Position numbers and translations under genes: made by a program | Shown here: positions 19,280-35,196 of the stretch, piece after piece | Numbering within the stretch: position 1 is the first letter of the stretch | How the letters are laid out: each line of letters starts with the position of its first letter | Source of the DNA: Blastocystis sp. Blastoise | Taxonomy: Eukaryota > Protista > Bigyra: Opalinata | Assembly (NCBI GenBank): GCA_039096225.1 | Contig: JBBPEB010000027.1 | Span: forward strand, 496,001 to 560,000 | DNA length: 64,000 nucleotides | Direction of reading: 5' to 3' | The notes under the pieces: generated by a model | Databases searched by the model: none | What the model was told of the DNA's origin: nothing | The model's input: the letters and a program-made list of their open reading frames with translations, nothing else

Positions 19280-19716
19280 TAGATATTATGGGTGGTATAA
19301 ATTCCCGCGGTTTTAAATATTTTCGTTATTTATGTTATCAGATGTATTCTCTCTTAGTTCATAATCGCGGTACTATTCTTTCATCTCTCGCTTTCTATGC
19401 TTATTATTATCCTGACTTACCCTGTTTCAACAATACCCCATATGAATGTATTAACCAGGTTTCCTCGCGGTTATTTGATGAGAAAGTATCTGCAAAATGT
19501 ATGATATTATTTATATAAGTATTCTTAACAATACGATTAAGACTATTATTATTGTATATAGCATTAACCAATGTAGTTAATAATTTAATTCTAAATTCTG
19601 TGAGTGACTGGAGCACAGGATGGTATTTATATATTCATAAATATAATATATTAATTATATATATATATATTTATAGGTATGATACATACCAATATTGCTG
19701 CTCAGGAATAGATTAA
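16234..19716 (+). CDS. Phosphatidylinositol 4-kinase, type III beta/Pik1-like, many exons
   Basis: IPQV helical motif, NTKERSPCLFVFEV, EPW..W...IIKCNDDMRQE, FIRSLSCYCILCYVFQIKDRHNGN|ILID..GHIVHIDFGFILNN|SPGNIRFERSPFKLT, C-terminal WSTGWYDTYQY. Confidence 0.93.
17369..17424 (+). other. U12-type (minor spliceosome) AT-AC intron, 56 nt, in the PI4K gene
   Basis: 5' ATATCCTT, branch-like ACCTTAAT, 3' end ATAC. Removal joins ...SLIN|TLCHISGYVHTIP in frame. Confidence 0.85.
19081..19142 (+). other. U12-type intron with non-canonical GT-AT ends, 62 nt, in the PI4K kinase domain
   Basis: 5' GTATCCTT, branch-like TTTCTTAAT (19127-19135), no AG anywhere in the interval. Removal restores HIDFGFILNN|SPG; read-through hits TAA. 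Confidence 0.75.
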
Positions 19717-20482
19717 TATATCTTTGATATAGTAATTTATGTTTTTTAATTGTTATTTCTATTATTCTCTTTGTTGTCCTTATTAACTAAATTTTTCATT
19801 TGATAAAATTAACACTTCTATATATAATAAATCAAATAATAATACATCAGCTTCTATCATATTACATAAAACTAATATGTTTATTATAACTATAGCTATT
19901 CTATATCATTAAAAACATGATTTTTTAATGTATTCAGTATATTCATCTAAATAATGACTTTTAAGTTTATTGATATTCAATTATGTGTTGCATACAATAA
20001 TCGGCATAAATGATACTATATATAAGAATAACGAATGATTTTCATGCTTTATTATGAACTATAAAAACTATATACTCTCTAAAAAATATTCTTAAGCATT
20101 TTCTACTAATAGAAATTTCAATATAAATACTTAAAAGGAGATAAATAATAAATTGAATATAAATGATAGTATTAAATAATATACTGATTATTTTTTTATC
20201 CTATTTTAACCTGTTTTATAACTATTCAACAAATAGAGTCTAACAATTAGTCAAAAACAACGATCTTAACACCACAATCTTAATGTTAATATATATATTT
20301 TTATATACAACAAATTATTCAAAAAAAAAACAACACATTCTCAAATTCCAAAGAGAATAATCAATCAACTACTCTTTAAAAAAACTCTTTATAATTTTGC
20401 ATTGTAAATAAATAGAACAATATAACTAATTTAAAAAAATATAAAAAGTATACATTAAACAAGTAAATAGTTGATAAAAATA

Positions 20483-23400
20483 TTATATTTTTAAATTTTG
20501 TGTTTGTTTTTTTGTTTTTCCTTTTTTATTTGAATAGAATAAGTGTTTTTTCTTTGGTAATCTCTTCTTTACACATTTAAATAGATAACAACATGCAATA
20601 GTAATAAGAATAACAATAGGACTGATTGTAAGAGCTAGAATGATTACTATATACATAAACATTTTGAACCCGAAAGGTGATGTATCCCCACGAATATATA
20701 TATCATCATTAATAGAAATAGATGTGATATCTTTAAGATTATTATCATTACTGGATGTACAATGATTTTGAAGAGAAGAATAAGTTCCATTTATATAATA
20801 AAATAAATCATTCTTTATATTATTCTTGTCAACTTCGTTTACATTAATTCTTAGTGTAACAATAATAGTAGAAGGAGTAGAAGAAAGAGTAGAACAACTA
20901 ATTATAATTACATCAGAGGAAAGGATAGAATAAAGAGAAAGACTATGTACAATAAAAGTTCTGAATGATTCATATGATGACGGATTATTGAAAGCAACTT
21001 TTGTAATACCTTCAAGTTTAATATGTATGTATATAAATAGTTTATTAGTTTTAGGATCTTCATTAGTATCATAAATAAAGCAATTGGAAGTATCCGTAAG
21101 ACCCCATGTAGAACTAGTATTGTTTAAATATTCACAAAAACGAGTCTGAATTCCAGAATAACCATTAGGACATTTATTATATGCAGCTGTATATCTCTCT
21201 GTTTTTGGCCAAATATCATCAGAAGGACAATATATAGTAATAATATTGATGGATATAATAACAGTAGTTTCAGATCTTGCATTTGAAATAGTTATAGTAT
21301 ATGAATTAGAATCATCACTTGCAGGAATACCAGATATTTCACCAGTTTGAGTATTGAAAATCAAACCATTTGGAAGAGGAGGAATAATAGTTAATGGATT
21401 TAAATTACCACCAGTAATAGTAGGAATAATAGGAATAATAGCAATATTTTTATATCCAGTAATATTATTATTAACATAAGATATAGTAGGTAATTTTAAT
21501 TGACAAGTATCACTAGCATTATCCCAAATTGCAGGATAACCTAAAATACATAATCTACTCTTCGATCCTTCATAATTAATAATATCATCGCAAGGTAGAA
21601 TAGCTTGTAGACCCATTTCAGTTTGTGGCCAAATACTATCTGTACTACAATAATAAGTATCAACTTGAATGACAATAGTTATACTAGAACTACCAGAAGT
21701 ATTTACAGCAGTAATAGTATAGTTAGTAGGAGGAGAAACAATAGTAGGAATACCAGATATCTCTCCAGTTATAGAATTGAAAGAAAGACCATTAGGTAGA
21801 TTTGGATTAATAATAAAAATGAGTTGAATTCCAATAACAGTTGGAGAAAGAGATACAGGAATAATTTTATGAAAAATAAAAGAAAAACTTTCATAAAATA
21901 AGTTACTCGGTATATCTAATGTACATAGTGATTGAATAAAGCCAAGGATACTATTAGTACATAATCTTCTTTGAATACCATTATATCCTAAAGGACATTC
22001 TTGAAAAGAGAATCCACCTTCAATAGCAGGACCCCAGTTATCTCTAGATATACAAGAAATAGGAACATAAGTCATATAAAAACCTAATTCAGATAATTGA
22101 ACGTAATCATTATGACAATAATTAGGATCAAGAGGAGTATTATCACATTTTGTTACAATCATTCTGAAAGAATTATAAGGAACAGAAGAATAAAAATCAT
22201 AAGTGAATGTTTGTCTATAATCAGTGAAGAATTGATTATGAGCATAATGCAATAAAGTCCAAGTAGAATTATCATTAGAACCTTCAAATCTCCAAGCAGA
22301 AGGATGTCTTTGATTACAATCATTACCATTAGTTACTTTATATCGATTTATATGTTCTCTACGACCATTATTATATGTCCATTTAAAGATAGCACCAACA
22401 CAACGAGGGCCTGAACGTGTTATCGTGTTAATACTATTATCAAATAACTTTTGTATACCATAATTACCTACTATATCAATATCAGATGACGGAATACCAT
22501 CAAGAACTCTGTATCCATCCTTAATGATGAGATCAACATAACAACTAAAAACATTAACATAGGGAAGAACATCCTTTTTATGTATTTCAATAGCTAATAT
22601 ATTATAATCATCTATAGGAATGTCACTCATAAGCAATGAAATAGTAGTATAAGATCCAGAATTACTCATATTCTCAAGAGCTAATGTATTATAATTAATT
22701 ATTCCTAAAGGCATATTGACTCTATTGATCTCTTGACCATTTAAATAAACAATAATACCAGCATATGTCTTTGCACTAATAGTTATACCACTATATTGAT
22801 TATTACTAGAAGAATATGTAAAAGCAGTTCTATAGTATTGAGTGATCGTATAAGGAATAGGCAGAGAAGTAACTATACCAGAAAGCCAAAAAGAATCCAT
22901 GAATGGAACTGTATTCCAACCTGAAGGAGCTTGACAGTTCTGATTAAAGTATTTCCAAACGGTAGATGAAGATGAAATGAGTCTGTTCACATTAAATGTA
23001 ATTGTTTTAGGAGATTCACCATAAGCTAGACCACCAGAATGAAGAGGAGTTATGCTATCTTCTATATATATAGAATAAGTACCATCTCCCCAGCCGTCAT
23101 TGGCACTGTCAGACATAGTAAGAGAGTAAATACCAGAAGTTCTACAATAAATGAAATTTTGAGTAGAATAGTCTATTGATGTTGTTTTAGAATCAATGAG
23201 ATTATTATTACTATCCTTAAGTGTCCATGAGGCTTCATTAGCATATGTTGTGAAATGAAATGATAATTTGAATAAACTATTTGGAAAAACACAAGCAATT
23301 ACAGAGAATGTAATAGTAGTAACTACAGAAATACCTTGAATATTTTTAGCACTAATAGTATATGTAGTGGGATATTGAAGTTGAGTAGGAATACCATTTA

Positions 23401-26400
23401 AGTAGCCATTCGAAGTATCCATAGTAATACCAGCAGGAAGAGAAGGAGATATTGTGAAGTCATAGAAATATTCAGAAGAAACTAAAAGAGCAGGAACAAC
23501 AACACCCTTATAAGCAAGAAGATTAGAAGGAGTAAAACTGAATTCTGGAATGATAATAGAATTAATGTCTTTTATATAAAATTCTAATTCAGAAAAAGTA
23601 TATTTATTTTCTGGCATAATTAAAGTACATTTTTCTATTCTTATTTTATAATTCGTATAAGCTATATTATTATTTAAACTATAAAAACATTGTCTTTGAT
23701 TTCGTTCTTCCCAAGAAACATTAGATTGAGAAGTAATAGTAGTCCAAGTAATGCCATCCATAGAACCATAAATAGTCCAATCAGAAGGATCATATTGAGG
23801 TGAATCATAATTTGAGATAATACAATATTTATTCATAAAAATAGCTCTTTTATTGTTGAATTCAATAGTAATCCATTTTTGAGTAATATCATTAAAGGAA
23901 GGAGTAATCCAACGAGTAGAAGGATTGGAATCAAATAGATATTCAGGGTGTTCATCAGAAGCAATACCATTAGTAGCATATATACTATCGGAACTATTTT
24001 GAGAAATATTTGAATCACCAAGAAGATGAAAGAAACTATCAAAATCAATGTTATATGAATTAGTTTCTATATTAACAAGAGCAATAGCTATAGTAACACT
24101 ATTATCATTAGAAAGAGTAGTCATAGGACCAGACACAGATCTCCATAAGAAAGAAGAATCACCACCAGTAGCAACAGTAGAAGTAGTAATTTCACCATTA
24201 GCAATATTATATCTATAAACTTCATTACCATTTACATAAATAACACAACCAGCTTTAGATTTAAAGAATAATTCCCAACCAACCATATTCGTCTTAGAAG
24301 CAACAGTAAAAGTATTTCTAAGAAGAAGAATATTTTGAGTAACAGAAACAAGAGGATAATAAGAAAATGGTAGCCAATTGATGTCAGAAAATGAACTTGT
24401 TTTCCATGTAGTAGTACTAGAAGCACCTTGTTGATATTTCCAATTAGATCTAGGAGCTAGATCAAGATGTGTATTAACAAAATAAGTAGCAATAGTACCA
24501 GCTAATAAAGACATACGAGCAATTCTATGTTCAGTACTTGCATCATATTTCAAGAAAACGTCAAGATAAGCACCTTTGTCCCAACCATTATTATTATCAT
24601 CAAAAAGAACAAATTTCCAACGACCAGCAGGTTTGTAAAAAGAATATTCTTGAATACTAGATTCTGTCCCTACAAATGAAGTAATTTGAGTATTATCTTC
24701 TGAATATATAGAAACATGTTCATCATTAGAATTATTTTTATTTATCTTTTTTAACAGAACATAACTCTTAGAAGGTTGTTGACATATAGTAATTGCAATA
24801 TAAAGAGAGAAATAGCTATTAGCACCAGTAGCTCCATCAATACCTCTAATAATATAAGTAGCATTATTTTGTTGAACAACAGTAGATCCAGTAATTATGC
24901 CCGTATTTACATCAAGAGATAATCCTGAAGGCAAAGATGGAGTAACAGAATAGGAATAAATACCACTCGAAATAGGAGCAAGATAGACATCTAAATAGTT
25001 AATACCTACTAATTTATTTGTAGGATACTGAAGTCCAGGACTCAATAGAGGTATATTATAGGTCATTAAAGTGAATTCACTGAATTCAGTAGATGTAGCT
25101 CCATTATTATTTACTATTTGTAATTTGATTGTATTAAATGATTTTCGATTGGATGGTAAATAGAAGACATATGCAGCAGATCTTTGAGTAAATATATTAT
25201 TATAAACATGATCAAGTATTAGCCACGTTGAACCATTGTCTTCAGAACCATAGAGTTTCCATTCTTTAGGATCTCTTGTATCAGTCTCAGTCCCTGAAAC
25301 AAAACGATAACTATTAAACCATGTTTTCACACCATCAGGAAGAGAATAAGTAATAGTATTTGTTTTAGAACTAAATAAAAATTTGGTATATAAATTAGAA
25401 TCAAATCCTTTTACACAATTCTGAGAAGTTGATGATCCACTTACAGAACAATATACCGTACCATATAAACCATAAGTTAAACCACCTAAATATATATTCA
25501 AGTTGTTTTATAGTATTATATATGAATGATATAAATGATATAAATAATATGAATGATATAAATGATATAAATAATATAAATGATATAAGTAATATAATAA
25601 TATAAATGATATAAATGATATAAATGATATAAATAATATAAATAATATAAATAATATAAATAATATAAATAATATAAACTATATAAATTATATAAATTAT
25701 ATAAATTATATAAATAATATAAATAATATAAATAATCTAAAAAAGTACTTTCAGTCAATAATCTATTGAAAAAACGAAACTCGTCTTCCTGATTAAGTAG
25801 AGAAGAACGTGAGTGAATTTCAATAGCTATAACAATTCTATTATCAGGAATTATGAAGAGAGAAGTTGGAAAAGAATAACTATAGATTTATATCAATAAT
25901 ATATATATTATTTAGTACATAATACTATTTAAAAAAACGGAAAAATAGACTACTATATACTATTTATATGTATGTTCGTTTTCAGTGATTGTTGATTGTG
26001 TATTTGAATTGATAGTACCACTAGAAATAGAAATAAAATTAAAATTGAATAAAGTTATAAATAAATACTAATATAATATAATAATATATTATATATATAT
26101 ATATATATACGTTGGAAGTCCATAACGAGCAGCTTCTTGTCCATTAATATAAATAATAAAACCAGTTTTTGTTAGAATAGATATATCTAAAGCATGAACA
26201 GTATTATAATCAAGTGTGGCATGATATCTATAATAACGAGTAATAGTTGTAATATCAGGTAGTATTGAAAAAATAAGAGGAGTCCAAAGGTCATCAATAA
26301 AAGTAAATTGGGTCCATGAATAATCAATTTGAGGATTGGTAGTACCCATAAAAAGAATATCTGAATAATCTATAATATAATATATATTTTAGAAAATAGA

Positions 26401-27055
26401 TTGAAAGAGATATTAAACTATGAAAATAGATTGAAAGAGATATTAAACTATGAAAATAGATTGAAAGAGATTTTATAGTATAAAAATAGATTGAAAGAGA
26501 TATAAAACTATGAGAATAGAATACATAAAAATGGAAATTTCTTTTTGACATAAGCAGAGGCTTCATCTGACTGGAGTGTCACTGTCATTAATATGTTGCC
26601 ATTCACAGTGATCGAAATCGTAGATCCAGAACTCCAACCATCACCATAACTATACAAAATGAATCAACCAATTCAAAAATATATATACGTATCCCAAATA
26701 GCAAGAGTATATTCAATATCATTCTGTATGCATACTTCATATGTTCTTGTTCCAGAGCTTCCACTTACAAGAATTGGGCCATCAAACACAACGATACCCG
26801 TAACCGTAATATCAGTTCCTAAATAAATAGCCCAACGCTCTTCCTGTGGCCAAGAAGACAATTTTCTAGTAATTATGCATGGATATGTAGGTTCAACACA
26901 TTCAGAATTTGCTATGAAAAAGAGATATACATATTTAAAAATGTATACCATTGATTTGTATTTAATGTAAATACACATATGAGCATTATATAGTATTATA
27001 TACATTTATCATTAAGGATGAAGAGAAAGATTAAAAACAAAAGAAGTTTATTCAT
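20483..27055 (-). CDS. Large type-I membrane surface protein (~1900 aa): signal peptide, repeated F5/8 (discoidin)-like and He_PIG Ig-like modules, Cys-rich modules, C-terminal TM and basic tail
   Basis: ATG 27055 MNKLLLFLIFLFIL; five small 5' exons join by GT-AG to the 5-kb exon starting 25488. Motifs: DPKEWKLYGS/DPSDWTIYGS/HPSAWRFEGS; PSLPSGLSLD..TG.I.G (4 copies); C..D..W..T...A...C...G...R.C (3 copies); TM MFMYIVIILAL...IACCYLF. Confidence 0.88.
25516..25740. repeat. Intronic 9-bp tandem repeat (ATATAAATR-type)
   Basis: Visible periodic units atataaatg/atataaata/atataaatt. Confidence 0.85.
26392..26520. repeat. Intronic 30-bp tandem repeat, ~4 copies
   Basis: aaaatagattgaaagagat... recurs at a 30-nt period. 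Confidence 0.85.
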
Positions 27056-27471
27056 CGTTAATACTATAATATATAATCAGTAGCAAACTGTTAATGGATA
27101 ATAAACTTTAAACACTCAAAACTATTATATCTTAAAAAAAAGAATGTAAAAAACTGTGCAACTGTTCGAAAACTGAAAAAAACTATAATTTTTTTTTAAT
27201 TTTAGTTTTTCAATTTTTTTTTTATAATTTATTACACATGCATTTCTATTTTATAAAAAATCCACTATTCTAATTAACTTATTGCTAAAATTTAGTTATA
27301 AATTAATTCTATAATAGAATAAATAAAAAATTTTTGATATAAGAATGATGATAATAAAATAAATAAATGTTAATAAAAAGAAGAAATTGACTAGAATAAT
27401 AATAATAATAAATGATATTATAAAAAGATATGATGATATTTTGATTAAATTGATATGTAGATAAGAGAATA

Positions 27472-28208
27472 CAGCTATTCTAAAAATTTAAGTATATTTT
27501 TGAAAAATTCGGTTCACAAAAGAAAAAATTAAATGTTTTTTTTTAAAAATTCGGTGTTTTTTATAAAAAAATCAAGATTCAGATAATACTAAATTTGAAT
27601 AAATATGACCCAAAATATGAGACTTTTGTGTATTTATTTGAAACATGCTATTTTCGTAATAGTACATAGTTTTTTTATAAAACCCGAACTGGGTACCTTT
27701 CTACCTTATGCTGACTTGGGTAAACGACTTTGTTTTTTAAATAGTGCAATTACGAAATTTGTAAGGTCGGAGTTTTGTAGTTTTAGTGTGTTGTGCCTAT
27801 TTGACTCTTAGTTTGGTCAACATATCAAAGATAGAAAGTCAGTTTTTAACTTTGAGTTTTATATATCAGTCATTTTAGCTCATTTGCCTTTAAAATAGTA
27901 TTATTTAATAACATGTCAATTAGAATAAATAATTAAATACAAATTTAATGTAATTATAATAAAATAAAATTAAAAAAAATTAAAAAAAGAAAAGAAATTT
28001 TTTGAGTCTGAAAAAAACTGAAATTAAATTTTCAGAAAGAATATAGTTTTAATAATTCAATATTTTCATTATACTTTTTTATTAGTAAATAATATTTAAA
28101 ATAATTAATAAGAAATAATGTCCCAAAATACTGATGGACAACAACCAAACACTCAGACAACTTCAGAAACGTATAACTATTTATATATACCCTAATATAT
28201 ATAGTAAT
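27472..28208 (+). repeat. Left terminal inverted repeat (737 bp)
   Basis: Mirrors 29498..30234. The coordinate sum 57706 is the same at both ends and for the identical 68-aa ORFs. Internal direct repeat AAAAATTCGGT at 27503 and 27545. Confidence 0.95.
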
Positions 28209-29414
28209 GCAAGACGCTCGTCTCGTATTTCCTTAATTAATCAACGTGATCATGATTCGTTTCTGGCTACTGAGACTGGGAAAAGAAAGAATACTAAGAT
28301 ACCTGATTCTGAAAAACAACGATTAATGGACTTGTGGTCAATTCACGGTGTTCGATGGACACCAGAAGATTATTCACTCCAGTTAGATATAAAGCTAGAT
28401 ATAGTTAAACGATATGTAAGAAAGTTAGTAAACAATACTCCTTTAATAAAAGAACGTAGAAAGAGTGGTAGGCATGCTATTATTACACCTAATATGTCCA
28501 AAAAACTGAAGAATATGTTCATTATAAATCCAAAATTAACTCTCAATGATGCTGTCTTAGTATTATCTGATACTTCTACTAATTCAATCTTCGAAAGGGT
28601 GACTGAAACTTATGATGTACCTGAAGATGTAAGAATACAAGCTGAAGAAGAATTGAAATCGTTGAAAGAAAGTAATACAACTTCTTTTTGTTCTAAAGCC
28701 ACTGTAGCAAAACATCTACATAGTAGTCGTATGGCTGAACATGTTGGTGCATCTTTTAATGTCAAAAAGCTTTATAAACGTGGTCAAAATTCAAATAATG
28801 ATGATAACAAAACAAGAAGAATAGAAGTATACAATGAAATAGATAATATGATACATGAAGGTAAAAGAATAATTTATTTAGATGAAGTGCACTGGTCTTT
28901 TAACAATTTCTCGCAGTATGGATGGGGTAAAGTAGGTGAGAAAATATATTATCATCATTTATCAAAAAGATTATCTCTTACAGCAATTGCAACCATCAGT
29001 AATACTGGAGCTGGATACACAGAATTATTTAGTAATTCTGTTACTGGAGCTGTTTTTGGTAATTTTCTACGTGCTGCACTAACTCATTATACTGAAGATG
29101 ATATGAATATTTGCTTATATATGGATAATGCGCCGGTACACCAAAAAGGCCTTATAAATGATATATGTAATGAATTTGAGATCCCAGTAATATATGGTCC
29201 TCCTTATAGTCCTGATATGAACCCGATAGAAAATGTATTCAGTATATGGAAAGGAAATGCTGAAAGAAACATAACAAGATGGAATGGAATTGATGATTTT
29301 ATACAAAGAATAAGTGATGAATGGAAGTCTATTGATAGTGGTACTATTAGAAAGTGTATTAGTCGTGTAATGACAGAAATAAGAGCAAGAGTCTTTAGTA
29401 GACTAGATATATAA
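28118..29414 (+). CDS. DD34E transposase (DDE_3/IS630-Tc1 type); spliced model 28118-28170 + 28205-29414, 420 aa
   Basis: IYLDEVHW...YMDNAPVH...GPPYSPDMNPIENVF with 34 residues between D and E; N-terminal HTH-like region and GR motif (KSGRH). A 34-nt GT..ATAG intron puts MSQNTDGQQPNTQTTSE in frame. Confidence 0.93.
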
Positions 29415-29497
29415 TATAATATATGTTTATTATATATGTCACGTTTAATTTTTTTTATATTGTTCTATTTGTTATATCTATAATACTAATTATATAT

Positions 29498-30234
29498 ATT
29501 ACTATATATATTAGGGTATATATAAATAGTTATACGTTTCTGAAGTTGTCTGAGTGTTTGGTTGTTGTCCATCAGTATTTTGGGACATTATTTCTTATTA
29601 ATTATTTTAAATATTATTTACTAATAAAAAAGTATAATGAAAATATTGAATTATTAAAACTATATTCTTTCTGAAAATTTAATTTCAGTTTTTTTCAGAC
29701 TCAAAAAATTTCTTTTCTTTTTTTAATTTTTTTTAATTTTATTTTATTATAATTACATTAAATTTGTATTTAATTATTTATTCTAATTGACATGTTATTA
29801 AATAATACTATTTTAAAGGCAAATGAGCTAAAATGACTGATATATAAAACTCAAAGTTAAAAACTGACTTTCTATCTTTGATATGTTGACCAAACTAAGA
29901 GTCAAATAGGCACAACACACTAAAACTACAAAACTCCGACCTTACAAATTTCGTAATTGCACTATTTAAAAAACAAAGTCGTTTACCCAAGTCAGCATAA
30001 GGTAGAAAGGTACCCAGTTCGGGTTTTATAAAAAAACTATGTACTATTACGAAAATAGCATGTTTCAAATAAATACACAAAAGTCTCATATTTTGGGTCA
30101 TATTTATTCAAATTTAGTATTATCTGAATCTTGATTTTTTTATAAAAAACACCGAATTTTTAAAAAAAAACATTTAATTTTTTCTTTTGTGAACCGAATT
30201 TTTCAAAAATATACTTAAATTTTTAGAATAGCTG
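29498..30234 (-). repeat. Right terminal inverted repeat (737 bp)
   Basis: Reverse complement of 27472..28208; no mismatch in the segments I compared. Confidence 0.95.
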
Positions 30235-30464
30235 TAAATATAGAAATAATAAGATATATAATTGATTTAGTTTTATATATGAAAATAAGAATAGATAAAT
30301 AAAATAAATTATATATAATAATAATAGATAAAATGAAAAAGTATATTCTTGATAAGAATTAATAAATAATATATATATAGAATAAAAAAGAATAATAAAT
30401 AACATTTTTGATGTTTTAATTAATAAAAATATATGTATATATATATAAAAATGAAATAAAAATA

Positions 30465-30538
30465 CTCTCCCAGACGGGATTGAACCGTCGACCTCCCGGT
30501 TAACAGCCGGATGCTCTAACCAGCTGAGCTATGGAAGA
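30465..30538 (-). tRNA. tRNA-Asn (anticodon GTT), identical to 11714..11787
   Basis: Exact reverse complement of the first copy, followed by a T-run on the minus strand. Confidence 0.97.
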
Positions 30539-31819
30539 TTATTGAATATCTATTATTCTTATTATCATATCACCATCATCATCATTCTCATTCTATCATC
30601 TCTATTCAATATTCATTTATCTTTTATCTTTTCTTTTTCAAATCAATTATCCTATTATTATTTATATATTTATTTTTTTAATTTTTAAATTAATTAAAAT
30701 ATTATACTATTTATAATTCAAATAATCCTTTATTATCTATTTATATCTATCTTTTTATATAATTATTCTTTTTTATTCTAATAATATCATATAAATTCAT
30801 ATTTATTTAACTTATTATCATCTTATATTCATTTATATATTATTTTTATATTCATATTTCACTCTTTTCAAACACTTACAATTTTAAATCTAGTCTTATC
30901 AATATTATTATCTTATTATTGTATTATTTAACTATTTATATAACAAATTTATACATTATTTATCTATTTTTATTCATTTTTAAACTAATAAACAAATGAA
31001 AACATACTATTTCATATTATAAAAGTTATTAATAATGTATATTCATGATAATAAACTCAATTAAACACTTATTTGAATCAATTAAGACGAATAAAGAATT
31101 AAATTAATTAAGACGAATTTTTCTTCAATTTTTTATTTTTTTATTTATGTTTTTCTATTCTTCATCTCATTTTTCTATTTTTATTCTTATTTTATTCTAT
31201 TTTACATATCATTCACATATTTAACTTATCTTTATATGTTTTTATTACTTATAATCTTCTTTTTCATTGTTTTTAACTACTAATTATTCTTTTTAAGCTA
31301 TTCTTTTTATTTATTATGATTCTATTTATAGTTTAAATTATTATATAATACTTTATTAATTATTCTAATCTATTATTATTTGATTCTTTTAGTCTTTGAT
31401 AAATTCATTCTTCTTTCTTTTTCTATTATTTATTATTTATTCTATTTAAAATATTTTTATTTATTTATTTTTTATAATTAAAAGTTATTTCTTTTTAATT
31501 CATTTAATTTTATTCTTATTCTATTATTTATCATTCTTATTAATAATAATATTATTAATATTATATATATATTTAATATTCATATACAATTCATTGAATT
31601 TACATCTTTTTATACTTTCTTTCAATTTATTCACTCATTTTTCTTATTTCTTTTTCACTGAAATTTCTTATTTCTTATTCTTTTTCACTGAAATTTCTTA
31701 TTTCTTATTCTTTTTTTAAATTTCTTTTTCTTTATTTTATCTATTTCTATTCCTTATATTATTATTATTTTTAATTATTTTTTTTTTTTAAATTTATTCT
31801 ATATAAAATAATAATAAAG

Positions 31820-32036
31820 ATGGAAGAAGAAGAAAACTATTCTATCACACAATTACAACTGATGATCCAACAACTAACTATTCGATTAGACAACAGTTTT
31901 GGATATATCAACCAAATCAAACAACAAACCAAAATCGGAATCACTATCAACAACAACGACAATATCCAAATTGTAAGTGTTTCATTTATTTACCTTTTTT
32001 TTTTTGTATTATTCGGCTTACTATGATTTCTTAATT
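31820..32036 (+). pseudogene. MED21: Truncated MED21 copy (exon 1 at 31820-31972 plus start of intron; no exon 2)
   Basis: Same 51 codons as MED21 exon 1 (one synonymous change seen). Homology stops inside the intron. Confidence 0.8.
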
Positions 32037-32223
32037 TGAGAAATTATTATTTAAAAATAATTTATTAAAAATCAACAAAACAAGAGAAAGCAGAGAACTA
32101 ATAACAAACAAAAAAAAAACATATAAAAGTTATATTACTGAAAAAGTGGAAAAAATATAAACAAACATATATAAACAATACTGAAATAATAATGAAAAGG
32201 TTATGTGTTTTAGTATTGAAATA

Positions 32224-35196
<2,973 letters not shown>

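Larger units (their letters stand above)
27472..30234 (+). mobile_element. IS630/Tc1/mariner-superfamily DNA transposon, 2763 bp, 737-bp TIRs, TA target-site duplication
   Basis: Ends CAGCTATTC...GAATAGCTG, with TA at 27470-71 and 30235-36. The empty site with a single TA is present in copy A (~11994-11995). Encodes an intact DD34E transposase. Confidence 0.97.
27295..32036. repeat. Copy B (inverted) of the ~1.95-kb duplication, interrupted by the transposon
   Basis: 27295-27471 and 30235-32036 are the reverse complement of 12169..10219. Confidence 0.9.

Noticed and set aside
27605-27811. 68-aa ORF duplicated at 29895..30101 as a possible accessory transposon gene
   Set aside because: It is duplicated only because it lies in the TIRs; no recognisable motif or coding-like bias
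28209-29497. Fanzor/TnpB or other cargo in the transposon
   Set aside because: The unique interior is filled by the transposase plus an 83-bp trailer; no RuvC motifs and no room for a guide RNA
10219-32036. Inverted duplication as an assembly artefact
   Set aside because: The copies differ by substitutions, indels and a transposon insertion with a correct TA duplication
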